Positions 20,237-31,870 of a DNA stretch of 51,725 nucleotides are shown piece by piece (the first letter of the stretch is position 1; every line of letters begins with the position of its first letter). The DNA comes from Folioceros fuciformis (taxonomy: Eukaryota). The translations under genes and the position numbers were made by a program. The stretch spans positions 62,001 through 113,725 of the forward strand of contig JBNGIO010005827.1 in NCBI GenBank assembly GCA_049999805.1, given 5' to 3'. The notes beneath the pieces were generated by a model. The model saw nothing but the letters and a program-made list of their open reading frames with translations. It did not search any database and was not told the DNA's origin.

Positions 20237-23125
20237 ATGGGCACAGCATTGCGGCCAGATTTGGCAGGGTCGCGACCAATGGCTGGGTGTACGGGAATTG
20301 GAGGAGGAGATCCCGCTCTCCTCGCTTTTGGGAGACAGGCAACGCTTAAGGATGATGCCTTGAGCTGCAGTGGTGTCAGGAACCTGGCACTACCGAGGGA
20401 ATCCATGGCTGAGGAAGTATCACCCGCCGACGGTCGTCGGCAAGAGCTGGAGCCCTTGTGTCGACAGTCTGTTCCGGACCCTATCATGTGGTGGGAGAAC
20501 AGACGACGTAAGAAGAGCTCCCGTTCGCCTGACCTACGGCGTAGAGGGTCCGGCGAGGGCCTCTGGTTCGACAACTCTTTAAATCCCGCTTGGGTGGATG
20601 CGCAGCTCGGTGCTCGGGATACGCATGTTGGTCTTGCTGCTTCTCTTTCCAAGTCTGAGCCTCAGAGGCCCGCTGGATCAAAAGTGAGCGTAACAGCTGT
20701 GACCGTGAGCACGTTGTGTCAGCAAGGGAAGCTGAGCGAGGCCGTTGTAGCCCTGGAAGAGCTGGTGGAGACAGACTTTCCTAATCCCCAGGCTTTTTTG
20801 TTTACTGTTCTGAAACTGTGTGCAGCAAAGAAGGATTTGGTTCTGGGACGACGAGTTCATGATCTCACTGTCAAACTTGGGTTTGAGACGAATACATACT
20901 TGGGAAACCACATTCTGCGCATGTATGCCTGTGGAGGCAGGTTACACGAGGCCATGGATGTGTTCACCAAAGTGGGGAAGCGCGATGTTTTCATGTGGGG
21001 CTCCATGATGACTGCATACGCCAAACATGGGAAGCCTAATGAGGCTATACAACTGTACCACGAGATGTGCAGCTCTGGGGTAAAGCCGGATGCTCACATC
21101 TTTGTAGCTGCCCTTCAAGCTTGTGCCCTTGCCATGGACATAGAATCTGGCACAAAAGTGCACTTTGATGTTTTGCAGAGTGGTATTCCTCCTAACTTGT
21201 TTGTTGGCAGCTGCCTGGTAGACATGTATGCGAAATGTGGGGGACTGGAAGCTGCACGCCAGGTGTTTGACAGCTTGGCCACAAAGGATGTGGTGACCTG
21301 GACGGCCTTGATAGCTGGATATGCAAATCATGGGCCCGGTCAAGAGGCTCTTGTATTGTATGAACAAATGGAGCAAGAGGGCCTGATTTTGGATAACCCT
21401 GTGACTTTTGCTTGCCTTCTGAAGGCTTGTGCAAGCGCCAATGACCTACAAACTGGCAGACAGTTGCACTCACAGATTTTGGGAAGAGGAAAGCTACAAA
21501 GTGACATATTGGTCTCCAACTCCTTATTGGACATGTATGCAAAATGTGGCGAACTAGAACTTGCACGCCGGGTATTTGACAGCTTGGACTCAAAGGATGT
21601 AGTGACATGGACAGCCCTTATAGCTGGATATACAAATCATGGGTTCGGTGAAGAGGCGCTTGTTCTGTATGGGCGTATGGAGCAAGAGGGCCTGATCTTG
21701 GGTAACCATGTTACTTTCGCTTGCCTTTTGAAGGCCTGTGCTAGCACACGTGCCTTGTGCAAGGGCAGGGAGCTGCACTCACAGATTGTGGGAAGACGTC
21801 TGTTAGAGAACGTGGTGGTGGCCAACTGCCTGGTGGACATGTATATAAAATGCGGTGAGCTAGAAGATGCACGCAGGGTCTTTGACAGCTTGACCAGAAA
21901 GGATGTGGTGACATGGAATGCCCTGATAGCTGGGTTTGCACAGCAAGGGCTCTGTCATGAGGCGCTTGCCCTATACGGCGAAATGGAGCGGGGCGGGCTT
22001 ATTTTGGCCAATCATATTACTTTTACGTGCCTTTTGAATGCCTGTGCAAGCGCTGGTGCCATGCACGAGGGCAGGCAGCTGCACTTGCAGATTGTGGAAA
22101 GAGGAGAGCTAGAACGTGATATATTGGTGGGGAACTGCCTAGTGGACATGTATGCCAAGTGTGGGGAACTGGAAGAAGCACGCAGGGTTTTCGACAGTTT
22201 ATCTGCCAAGGATGTGGTGACATGGAATGCCCTGATAGATGGGTATGGTACTTCTGATCAAGGTCACAACGCCTTAGCCTGTTTTGAGGAGATGATAGTT
22301 GCTGGTGTAGAGCCTAATGATGCTACTTTCACATGCCTTTTAGTAGCATGCGCTCACACAGGCCTGGTAAATGAGGGTCGGAAACTCTTCGGGTTCATGG
22401 TTGAACACCATGGGATCAAACCCACTCTTCAGCATCACAACTGCATGATTGATCTTCTAGGGCGTGCAGGCCATTTAGATGAGGCAGAGAGCATTCTATT
22501 ATCATGTGACAGCCGGAACAACGTTGTGGGGTTGACGTCTCTCCTGAATTCCTGCAAAAGTCATGGGGATATAGAGAGGGCAACTAGGAGTTTTGAATGT
22601 CTTGTTACACTGGACCCTCAGCGGGCATCCTCGTATGTGCTTTTGGCCAATGTCTATGCAGATGCAGGGAGGTGGACAGATGTAGACAGGATTGAAAGAC
22701 AGAGATTGGCAGCAGGAGCTAGGAAGAAACCGGCTGTGGCGGGCATTGAGGTGAAGGGGCAGGTACATACATTTGTGGTGGGAGAACATAGAGATATCTC
22801 GCCCAAGGTAGACAGCATGAATGTACATCTGAATGAGGAGGGGGGCCATGTACCCCATACAAAGTTGGTGTTGAAGCCATTGTCTGAGAAGGAAAAGGAA
22901 GATGCGCTTTGCGGGCATGCTGAGAAGCTAGCTCTAGCGTACGGTCTCCTAAATACTCCGAGTGGCACTCCTCTGCTGGTAACAAAGAACCTACGAATGT
23001 GCGGTGACTGCCACAGTTCGACTGCAATCATGTCAAAGGTTGAAAAGAGAGAGATTGTGGTGAGGGATGCGTACCGTGTGCATCGGTTTACAGCTGGTTC
23101 TTGCAGCTGTAATGGTCGGCCATGA
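20237..23125 (+). CDS. PDF-PLS PPR-DYW:KP (GRP-type) protein (copy 2, 962 aa from first ATG)
   Basis: The ATG at 20237 aligns with the paralog starts; the track ORF opens at a TTG at 20195. 5 PLS triplets; KKPAVAGIEV, HAEKLA, CGDCH, terminus CSCNGRP. Confidence 0.95.
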   Translation: MGTALRPDLAGSRPMAGCTGIGGGDPALLAFGRQATLKDDALSCSGVRNLALPRESMAEEVSPADGRRQELEPLCRQSVPDPIMWWENRRRKKSSRSPDLRRRGSGEGLWFDNSLNPAWVDAQLGARDTHVGLAASLSKSEPQRPAGSKVSVTAVTVSTLCQQGKLSEAVVALEELVETDFPNPQAFLFTVLKLCAAKKDLVLGRRVHDLTVKLGFETNTYLGNHILRMYACGGRLHEAMDVFTKVGKRDVFMWGSMMTAYAKHGKPNEAIQLYHEMCSSGVKPDAHIFVAALQACALAMDIESGTKVHFDVLQSGIPPNLFVGSCLVDMYAKCGGLEAARQVFDSLATKDVVTWTALIAGYANHGPGQEALVLYEQMEQEGLILDNPVTFACLLKACASANDLQTGRQLHSQILGRGKLQSDILVSNSLLDMYAKCGELELARRVFDSLDSKDVVTWTALIAGYTNHGFGEEALVLYGRMEQEGLILGNHVTFACLLKACASTRALCKGRELHSQIVGRRLLENVVVANCLVDMYIKCGELEDARRVFDSLTRKDVVTWNALIAGFAQQGLCHEALALYGEMERGGLILANHITFTCLLNACASAGAMHEGRQLHLQIVERGELERDILVGNCLVDMYAKCGELEEARRVFDSLSAKDVVTWNALIDGYGTSDQGHNALACFEEMIVAGVEPNDATFTCLLVACAHTGLVNEGRKLFGFMVEHHGIKPTLQHHNCMIDLLGRAGHLDEAESILLSCDSRNNVVGLTSLLNSCKSHGDIERATRSFECLVTLDPQRASSYVLLANVYADAGRWTDVDRIERQRLAAGARKKPAVAGIEVKGQVHTFVVGEHRDISPKVDSMNVHLNEEGGHVPHTKLVLKPLSEKEKEDALCGHAEKLALAYGLLNTPSGTPLLVTKNLRMCGDCHSSTAIMSKVEKREIVVRDAYRVHRFTAGSCSCNGRP

Positions 23126-23269
23126 ATGAACACGGAACGCATGCCAAGTCACAGGCGTCACGGGCGCGGTGTTTTGTAAGTCCGGGCCCTAGTATAGGGG
23201 ACATCTACAGAGGCGCCCATGCCCATTTTCTACGTAGTTGGAGCGGCGTAGACGAGTAGTAATAAGATC

Positions 23270-23365
23270 CATTATTGTACCAAAGTAGTATTGTTACGAT
23301 TCATTATGGTTCCACGAAAGTAGTACTACTATGATTCATTATGGTACCACCAAAGTAATATTGTG
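23270..23365 (+). repeat. Degenerate ~34-bp tandem repeat (~3 copies)
   Basis: CATTATGGT(A/T)CCA..AAAGTAGTA...GATT recurs. Confidence 0.6.
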
Positions 23366-23637
23366 AATAGTACGGTGACAGTTTTCGCAGGCCTAGCTCA
23401 GGGTTTTAGAGGGAAAATATTTTACTTATTATCATTTCTAAAACACCTCGCTTGATATATCTCTAATGAATTACCTTGTAAGATTATAGAAAATTATTAT
23501 TAAGATTTTAAAATATTATTATTGAGATTATAGAAAATTATTATTGATTGTAAGAAATTACCGTTGATTGTAAAAAAATATTGTTTGCTTAGACCATAGA
23601 AAGTGAATGTTTGCTTTTAAATAGGTTATGGTACAAG

Positions 23638-23891
23638 GTACGACTCTATGAAGTAGCCCAGGCAACATGGATACAAAGTGTACGACTCTATCAAGTAGCC
23701 TAGGCAACATAGATACAAAGTATACGACTCTATGAAGTAGCCCAGGCAACATGGATACAAAGTGTACGACTCTANNNNNNNNNNCTCTATGAAGTAGCCC
23801 AGGCAACATGGATACAAAGTGTACGACTCTATCAAGTAGCCTAGGCAACATAGATACAAAGTGTATGACTCTATGAAGTAGCCGGCAAACA
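23638..23891 (+). repeat. 42-bp minisatellite with alternating A/B variants (small gap inside)
   Basis: GTACGACTCTATGAAGTAGCCCAGGCAACATGGATACAAAGT alternates with ...ATCAAGTAGCCTAGGCAACATAG... Confidence 0.9.
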
Positions 23892-25569
23892 TAGTAGACA
23901 ACTTAAGCTTATACAATAGGCATGAAGGGTGGAGCTCAAAGGCCCCATGGGTTGTATGAAAGGGCAATACCCCATGGATTACAACCGGGATATGATACAA
24001 GACTATAGGCCTCTTCCATAGTTCTAGCTTGCACTAAAGATCGCTCCCTTTGCAATTGAAAGTTGACTTTGAAATCCTAGGCAACCAAAAGTTATTGTAA
24101 TGTTATTCCCTTGCTTTCATACCAATTATAGAGGTACCTTTTTCAAGGATACCAAGACTAGTAGTTTGAGACTGTCCTACTTACTTTCTAACACACAATA
24201 CCTTAGTGCTAGGACAACTTATGGTACTACTAAAGACTGATAGTGGGAGCTATAAAGAGTCTACACTAGCAATTATAAGGATAAAGCGGTTGGTTCATAT
24301 GGTCCTGTAGAGATGCCAAAACTCAACAAGCATAGTCTCCTAGGTGCGAACAATCGCTTCCTTAAGCTCTTCGGCCTTTACAACAAATTGGGGACAAGGT
24401 GAGGAGAATGATTGGAGTGGGTACATCACGATGAAGACTAGAGTGAGCCCATCACCCTCCAAGGGCATCACTAGAGGAAAGGCACAATGGAGTAGCAATG
24501 TTACAAGCACATTATACATGCCAATTTTTGTTTGATTTGTAGGACAACTAGCCTCTCATGACCTCTAAGACTTTTGATGTTGGGCTACATAGCCCAATAT
24601 CCAATTGCAATGGGTTTACGATTGCAAGTGGGCCTACTTCAATTCTGAAGGAACGCTCTAGGAGCTACATGGTGAAGGAGAGGAGAGGAGGAGGCAAGGA
24701 GGAGAGGAGAAAGAGAGGTCACACTCTCACAATAGAGTCTATCATACAAGGGAGCTCAAGGGGGTATTTATACCCTCTAGAAGAGCTCCCTAGGAAGCTT
24801 CACAAGAAGCCCACAGGAAGCTGCACAAGAAGTTTCCTAGAGATTAGCTTAAGCTAATCTAAACCAATGATACTTAACTAGACACTAATTTTAGACTAAA
24901 CACATTAGTCTAGGCACATTGGGCTTTAATAACCCTACAAATTCCACATTGGTGGAGTACTGCTACTAATAGTTGCAGCTATCATCACTCAAGCTTGAAC
25001 AACTACCTATGCATAGTGTTCAAATTGATCTTTGTAACTTGACGGTCTAGGATATTAAACAAGTTCATGGGAGATCGAAGATAGAGTAGGAGGGGATTGT
25101 TCCGCAAGACAAAACCAATGAGGGGAAGCGCACAACCAACCTGACCGATTACTTACTATAGGAAGCTTCCGCTCTAATGGAGGGTAGCAATTCAACACGA
25201 AAACGCTCAATGGCTGGCGAATCAAGTTGGTTATTGAGCTGAGCTAGAGGTGGTTCATGATGAGGATTACCCTTGGCCTCATTTGCTGCTAGCGCACCTC
25301 CTACTTTACAAGCATCTTCCTAAATTACATTTGACGTTTGCAACAAGGGACTTGAGGACAATAATGATGTACTAGGTCTATGTTCACAAACTGGACAAGC
25401 TACTAAACTTGAATACCATGGGCAGTGAACATACATACACACAATAGTTTACCTCAACACCTACCTGGTGCAATAAATATAGTCAACCCATGCCATTGGG
25501 CTCCTCACCAAGGATGAGAAGCAACCAAACCAAGCTAGGCAATCCATGCTTGCTGAGAGAGGATCTAAT

Positions 25570-25773
25570 CCCAAAGGATTTGCCACCTTTCAACAAATTA
25601 TCTTCACGATCTTCAAAGACTTCTTGTTGAAATTCATGGAGGTGTTCCTTAACGATTTCTCTGTGTTGAGGATAATGAAGGCACACTTAAAGCACTTGCA
25701 CAAGTGTCTCCAAAAGTGTCGGGAAACCAACCTTAAACTCCACTTTAGGAAATACTTCTTCACAATACTATAA
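25570..25773 (+). pseudogene. Gypsy-type reverse transcriptase fragment
   Basis: ATFQQIIFTIFKDFLLKFMEVFLNDFSV...HLHKCLQKCRETNLKLH..K corresponds to the F(L/M)DDF region of Gypsy RT. Confidence 0.75.
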
Positions 25774-26474
25774 ATTGGGTTGATTTATGATTATTTTTAT
25801 ATAGTTGTGATAAATTTGTGCAATTTATGATGGTGGGTTCATTGCTGAGAATTGTAATACACATGTGTAATATTATGCGAGGGTTTGAGAAGGCCAACGG
25901 CTATTGCCATGCGAATTTACATACTTTTGTTTTACTAGGAAAGTGCACATTGATATAAGGTGTGCTTCAAACATGTTTGATAATTTAGCTTTTCTCAAGT
26001 GCACTACAGTACCAAGGCGCGCACAAGTGTGCGCTCGCCTACCTAAATGTATGCATTCTATCTAGCAAAAGGCCTTATCCTTCGAATCGCGGAGATTCTG
26101 GACTCTCAGTCATAAGAACAATAATGTCATCCCTTGTCTCTGGTTCGCTTGCCATTGCGTTCAGCTCTTCCACTTTGTCTCCCGGGTCTTCGGGTTCGTC
26201 TACTAGTGAAGCTGCATTGGAGAATGTTTCTAAACTACACTTGTTGTAAAAAGCGTCTAAACATGCAAGGACGCAAAACAAGCTTAAAGTCCTCACTATT
26301 TATTCAAGGTTTAAATCATCAAAAGAAAGATGAGGACTAGCCAAGATGAACTTATATTCTCACTAAAAAACTATGTAAAAGGGTTAAAAATGTTCAAAAT
26401 AGACTTTTTATATAAAATAAAATCTAAAACAAATAGTAAAAATAAGGGGGAAAAACTATAAAACCTTGAAACCA

Positions 26475-26890
26475 TGGCGTGCACAAGTGCACTTGGTCAT
26501 TGCACACAAAAGTGCGCACAAGCTCGATCATCACGTGCATAAGTGTGCACCGACTCAATCATCGCGGAGACAAGTGCATGCCAACACAGTCATAGCGCAC
26601 ACTTGTGCGCACCATGTATGTCATCGGACACAAAAAGTGCGTGTCAGCTCGGTCATTGCACACAAAAGTGCGCACAAGCTCGATCATGACGTGCATAAGT
26701 GTGCACCGACTCAGTCATCGCGGAGACAACTGCATGCCAACACGGTCATAGCGCACACTTGTGCACTCCAACCAGGTCATGGCAAGTAAAAGTACATAAT
26801 AGTTGGGTCATGGTGCACACTTGTGCACGCCAACCAAGTCATGGTAAGTAAAAGTACATAACGGCTAGGTCATGGTGCACACTTGTGAGC
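26475..26890. repeat. GTGCAC/GCGCAC-rich complex tandem repeats (156-bp period x2, 62-bp period x2)
   Basis: 26495-26608 is repeated at 26651-26764, and 26776-26825 is repeated at 26838-26887. Confidence 0.8.
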
Positions 26891-27252
26891 ACGGGCACAC
26901 TCAGAGTAAGAACTTGTGAGTGGGGTTTGCTTCTAGCGCAAACTTTTGCGTAACAATTGGTTCTTAGCATGGACTTGCAAATGCCACTTAGCTTCCAACC
27001 CGCACTTCTAGATACCAATAGATTGATTTCAACATGGGGAGAGTAAAAAAATAATGAAACTCTAGGATTTGAATCCTTAGCCCCTTGATCAGCCGTTTCT
27101 CGAGGCATTGAAGGTCGCTACCAATGATTGGTTGTAGGTCCACGAATGATTGGTGGACCTATAGAAGGTGAAGGAGTCTCACCTACAAATGGTGAAGGTG
27201 GACCCCTTAAGATGGACAACACCCTTGCAGAAGGAGAGAAAGTACTTGAGGT

Positions 27253-30200
27253 TGCAGGTTCGATAGATAGGGGTAACTCCCGTGCATCGAAACCCAGTGC
27301 AGTCAGAAAACTCTTGAGTAAGCAGAACAATGCTGATGGGAATTGACCGCTTGGGGAAGTACAAACGAGGGACTCACCTACGTATTCTCTCCTGGAATGT
27401 GAGAGGGTTAGGCGATTGGTCGAAATCAGCGTCTAAATGCCGAAGGCTGCAGCACTTTCTACAAGGAGAGTTCGATTGGGATGTGGTATGTATTCAGGAA
27501 CACAAATTGTCGGCCGAGCACATTCAGCGAATCAAGAAGATATTTCTAACAGGTCGAACAGTGTGGGGATGAGCAAGATCTGCAGACGAAAGAGACAATA
27601 ACAACTACGGAGAAGGTGAGTCGGCCACGAGAGGAGGCGTCTCCATTACAATCCACCCAGAGCAAACACAAAATGTGTTGGAGACAGGACAGGATGAATC
27701 CGGGAGATTTGTTTGGGTGGTGTTGCAGATCCTCAAGGCCCCATGGGCATCTGCAATGTCTATGCTCCTAATGAGGCTTCGGAGAGGAGTATACTGTGGG
27801 GGAGGCTTGGTGAACATCTAAATGATCATATACCATGGCTGTTGGCGGGGGACTTCAATTTTGTCAAAAGGCGAGAGAACATACAAGGGTCGAGCGAGGT
27901 GGATATTCGGAGGGTACCTCTATCGTGGCAAGAACTAAGGGACACCAGTCTGAATGTGCAAGACCCTTGGCTGGCTCTGCCAGCGCATTGTCAGCAAGCC
28001 TCTCTCAAGCTCAGTTGGTCCAATCAGCAGCTAGCAGCTTATGGGGCTCGAAGACTGGATAGGTTCTATGTCCCCGTTGGGTGGCTACCATTTGTGCAAG
28101 ATTATTGTATTTTGGCTGGTATAGTGCTTTCAGACCACCATCCTATCAACTTGACCCTGTAGCTATCCCCCGAAGACCTTCGGCACAAAAGGGACAAGAG
28201 AGTTTTTCGGATGAGTACGTCTGTTCTAGCGGAAGAAGGGGTGTCTGAGCGCGTCAAGGAGCTATGGCAAGGAATAGAGCAAGGAAAAGAGTCGGCTGTG
28301 CAACGGCTCATGAACGCGAACAACGAAGCCACCACCTTCTTGAGGAAGCTGGGCGCGAAGCGCAAAAGAGACAAAGCTCGGATTGAAGACTTTTTGCGGG
28401 AGGATTTGGGGTACATCCGAAGAATGGGGGAAGAGCGTGCGCTGACTGGGGAAGAGGAAAGCCGACTCCGGGAAATTCAATGCGACCTGGCAAAGCTTGA
28501 AGAGGACAAAGCTAGGGGATGGTACAAACGTGCTAAGCTGAAATGGGTGCAAGAAGGAGACTGCCCCTCTAAGTTTTTCTTCGACAAGGTGGCAGCGAAT
28601 CGACATAAGTCAAGAATACCTGCTCTTCCCGACGCACAGGGTAACAGGCAAGACTCCCTCAATGGTTTGAAAAAACTGATCACATGCTTCTACGTAGGAA
28701 TTTTTGCAAGTCTTGGAAAACTGGCAGGCTGGGAGGATCTTTGGAGCTCAGCATATGGGCAGTTACCTGCTAAAGTGTCAGAGGAGCAACGAAGTGTTCT
28801 TGACCAACCTATTACTGCTGCGGAGGTGGCTTAAGCGCTGAAGGAGATGCCGATGAACAAATCTCCAAGGCATGACGGAATCCCCCCTGAATTTTTGGCT
28901 TGGGGATGGGAGTTTATGAGTCCACTCTTTATGGAGGCAGTCAACACGATCTGGGAGGAAGGTAGTATGGGCCCGTGGTTTAACCTGGGCCTCATCTCCC
29001 TTCTACCTAAACAGGATGCTAGCCTCTCAATTGCTAATTGGCGTCCCATCACTTTGCTTACAACCACTTATAAAGTGATTGCCAAGGTCTTAGAAAATAG
29101 GCTCAAGCCATTTCTGGACAAGTGGTTGGAGGTGGAGCACCGGGGCTTCGTCCAGAACAGGTGTATTCTTGACAACTTGTTGCTGATGCGTGAGGCTAAG
29201 TACAATGCTCTAGTCCAGCAGTGTTCATTTCCTTACATTTCTATAAGGCTTATGACTCTGTTGAATGACACTTCCTATGGAGGTGTATGCGAAGCTTTGG
29301 GTTTGGCAACAACTTCTGCAGGTGGATTGTAATTTTGTGTGAGGATGCAGGCGCTATGGTCTCTGTCAACGGCTCCTTTACCGAAAGGTTTGGTATTACG
29401 CGTTCGGTGCGGCAAGGATGCCCATTGGCCCCATTCTTATTCATCATTGTCATTGAGTTTCTCTTGCGAGCAGTCAAGCAGGATTCAAGGATTGAAGGCA
29501 TTCAGAATACCGATGGCTCGCAGTTGTGTATCTCATCTTTTGCTGACAACACCATGCTCTTCTCATCGGCAGATATGAACTCCTTAACAGCCCTACTCTC
29601 TCAGGTACAGATTTTTGGGCAGCTAATCAGGATGCAATGTGAATTGGAGTAAGACCAGGATGATGTGCATTAACCTATAGGGGGAACCGACCGCATGTAT
29701 CAGGCACATAGAGCGGGTCAAACTCGGCTCATCACACAAATACCTGGGCTTGCCGTTCCAGGAAGAGGATGAGAATGCGGAGATTGGTAAATTTGTTTGT
29801 CTTCGATTCATCCGGAAGGCAACCAACTTACGACTTTTGGAACTTAGTCTGGCAGGCAGAATTGTTGTCATTAATCATATTTTGACAGCGCCCCTGTGGT
29901 ATTATTTGTTCTTGTGGGATCCTAACAAGGCGGATCTGAGACGATTGCAACAGATAATTTCCAACTTCCTATGGACCAAGTCTAAGGAGCTGCTCTCTTC
30001 TTTCCATAAGGTGGCGTGGCATCATATTATTCAGTGCAAGCGCTTGGGAGGTTTGGGGTTGGTTGACCCCACGAGCAAAGTGAAGATCCTACATGCGCAA
30101 TGGGTGCTGAAGGCAGCTGGACCAACGGGATACCCTTGGAAACGCTGGTTAACTCAACACTTGCAGCTTTCTTAAGCGGTCGCCCGGGGGCGGAGGTTTA

Positions 30201-31870
30201 TGGACAACCTCCTGGCGGATAGGCCCATGTTGGATACCAGGAATTGCTCTCCTCTTTTTGCTTCAATCTGGCGCGGTTTTCTGGAGGTGAAAACCTTTCT
30301 TATCTATGCCAAGCCCAGGAATAGGGACGATGTGCTGGGGCTCCCTCTCCAAGGTTTTAAGGGGCTGTGGTCTCAGAACTTCCTTCCCCGAGTGAACCGG
30401 TCTCAAATCTTTGGTTCCGCCAGCAGAAGCGGCATTGTGCAGCTCGGACACCTGTGGAACCATAGAGAGGCTGGTTGGAAATCAGCGGAGGAGACGCGGG
30501 AAGAGTTTGGGATCCCTGTTCAACACGTGAGACTTATGCTTGCTTGGCTCCAGGAAGGGATGGCCGAGGATGTGAAGCTAGCGCTGCTACAGGAAGCTTA
30601 GGTTGGCATCAATATGTGGGGAGCTTACCCCATGGACAATAGAGCAGGTGGCTCCGACCAGGAGCAGGACGAGCTCCTCCCAGATTTTGACAGAGCGGTG
30701 CTAGTGACATCAAGGACAGATGAGGAAGGAACCCTATCTTATAGGACGATGAACACATAAGGGCTGCTGGAGGAAGAAGGTAGAGCTGAAGGCACGATGG
30801 GTGGAGCCACCCTCAGAGGGATTACCATACTATTCAGGGCTAGACGAGCCGGTTTTTGGCTTACCCAGGAAGAGCAAGGCAACCGGAAACAGGTCATGCA
30901 ACATTGTCCTGTAAGATGCTAGTTTCGCTTGAAGGAGAATTGGGAGTTAGTGATACGCCCCGACCTATATATGTGGCCGGGGAGTGCAGGAAGTAAGCAG
31001 GCCACTTGGAAGTCACTCTTCAATTTTCCGTCGGCAAGCGTGTACCTCCGATTGGTGCGAGTGCAAAAAGGTCCTCGGCGAAGTCAACTGGCTCCTAGGT
31101 TGCAGGTCTCCCAACGTCGGCAAAAGGAAACGATCAAACTCTTGTGGTCGACCCTAGGGATCCCCCTAAGGTGAGGGTTACCATCTGGTGTTTTTTCCAA
31201 GCTTGCTTGCCTAACGCAGATTGATGGGACGGGCTATTGGTGGCTACGGGGGAGGAATGCTGCAGGCTATGCAATGTTGGCGCTCCGCATAAAAGCCAAC
31301 ATATTTTCTTTCATTGTGAGTATGCGCAGGGTATTTGGAACGAAGTCAGTAGGTGGCTACAGAGACTTCTCCCGGAGAGAGCCAGCTTGGTTACTGAGCA
31401 AGCTGTCTTATTTGGGCTGGACATACAGGTAGGGAGGTCACTTCTCAAATTCCAATGGTGGGGAGTGGTTTGGTCCCTATCATTGTTTTCCTTGTGGCAA
31501 AACTAGACAGCAATGGTATATGGTGGGAGTGAGCCGGCTGCTAGGAAAGCTTTGCTATGACGCATCTGGGAGCAGGTACTTGTGGTCGCGGAAAGTATTC
31601 GAACGTCCGCTCACTCTAAGTTCAAGCGGAGAGAGTGGATACTTGCAAGCTTCCTCCGGCACAATGATCAATGGGAGTACTCCTGCCCGTGGGGCACATA
31701 AGTCTCATAAGGGTTGGGTGGCTCTTGATCATAGGGCAGTCCAGCTGTGCTCGCTTTTGCAGCTTAGATTTTGAGTCCAGGCTAAGGTATTCAGTTGCGG
31801 ACGCAATTGATATGCCGTTGGTGTAGCCTAAACTGCGAATAATCAGATCTTTTCTTCGCGAAAAAAAAAA
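27253..31870 (+). mobile_element. 5'-truncated L1-clade LINE (ORF2: APE endonuclease, RT, zf-RVT; degraded)
   Basis: EN motifs ILSWNVRGL, CIQEHK, NVYAPN, AGDFN, RLDRFY, SDHHPI. RT motifs KSPRHDG, NWRPITLL, VRQGCPLAPFLF, FADNT. Zinc-finger CRLC...HIFFHC. A10 tail at 31861-31870. TSD AAAGTACTTGAGGT at 27239-27252 and 31868-31881. Confidence 0.95.

Noticed and set aside
23638-23891. Regular repeats that could be taken for a CRISPR array
   Set aside because: The units are contiguous with no unique spacers, the context is eukaryotic, and there are no cas genes. It is a minisatellite.
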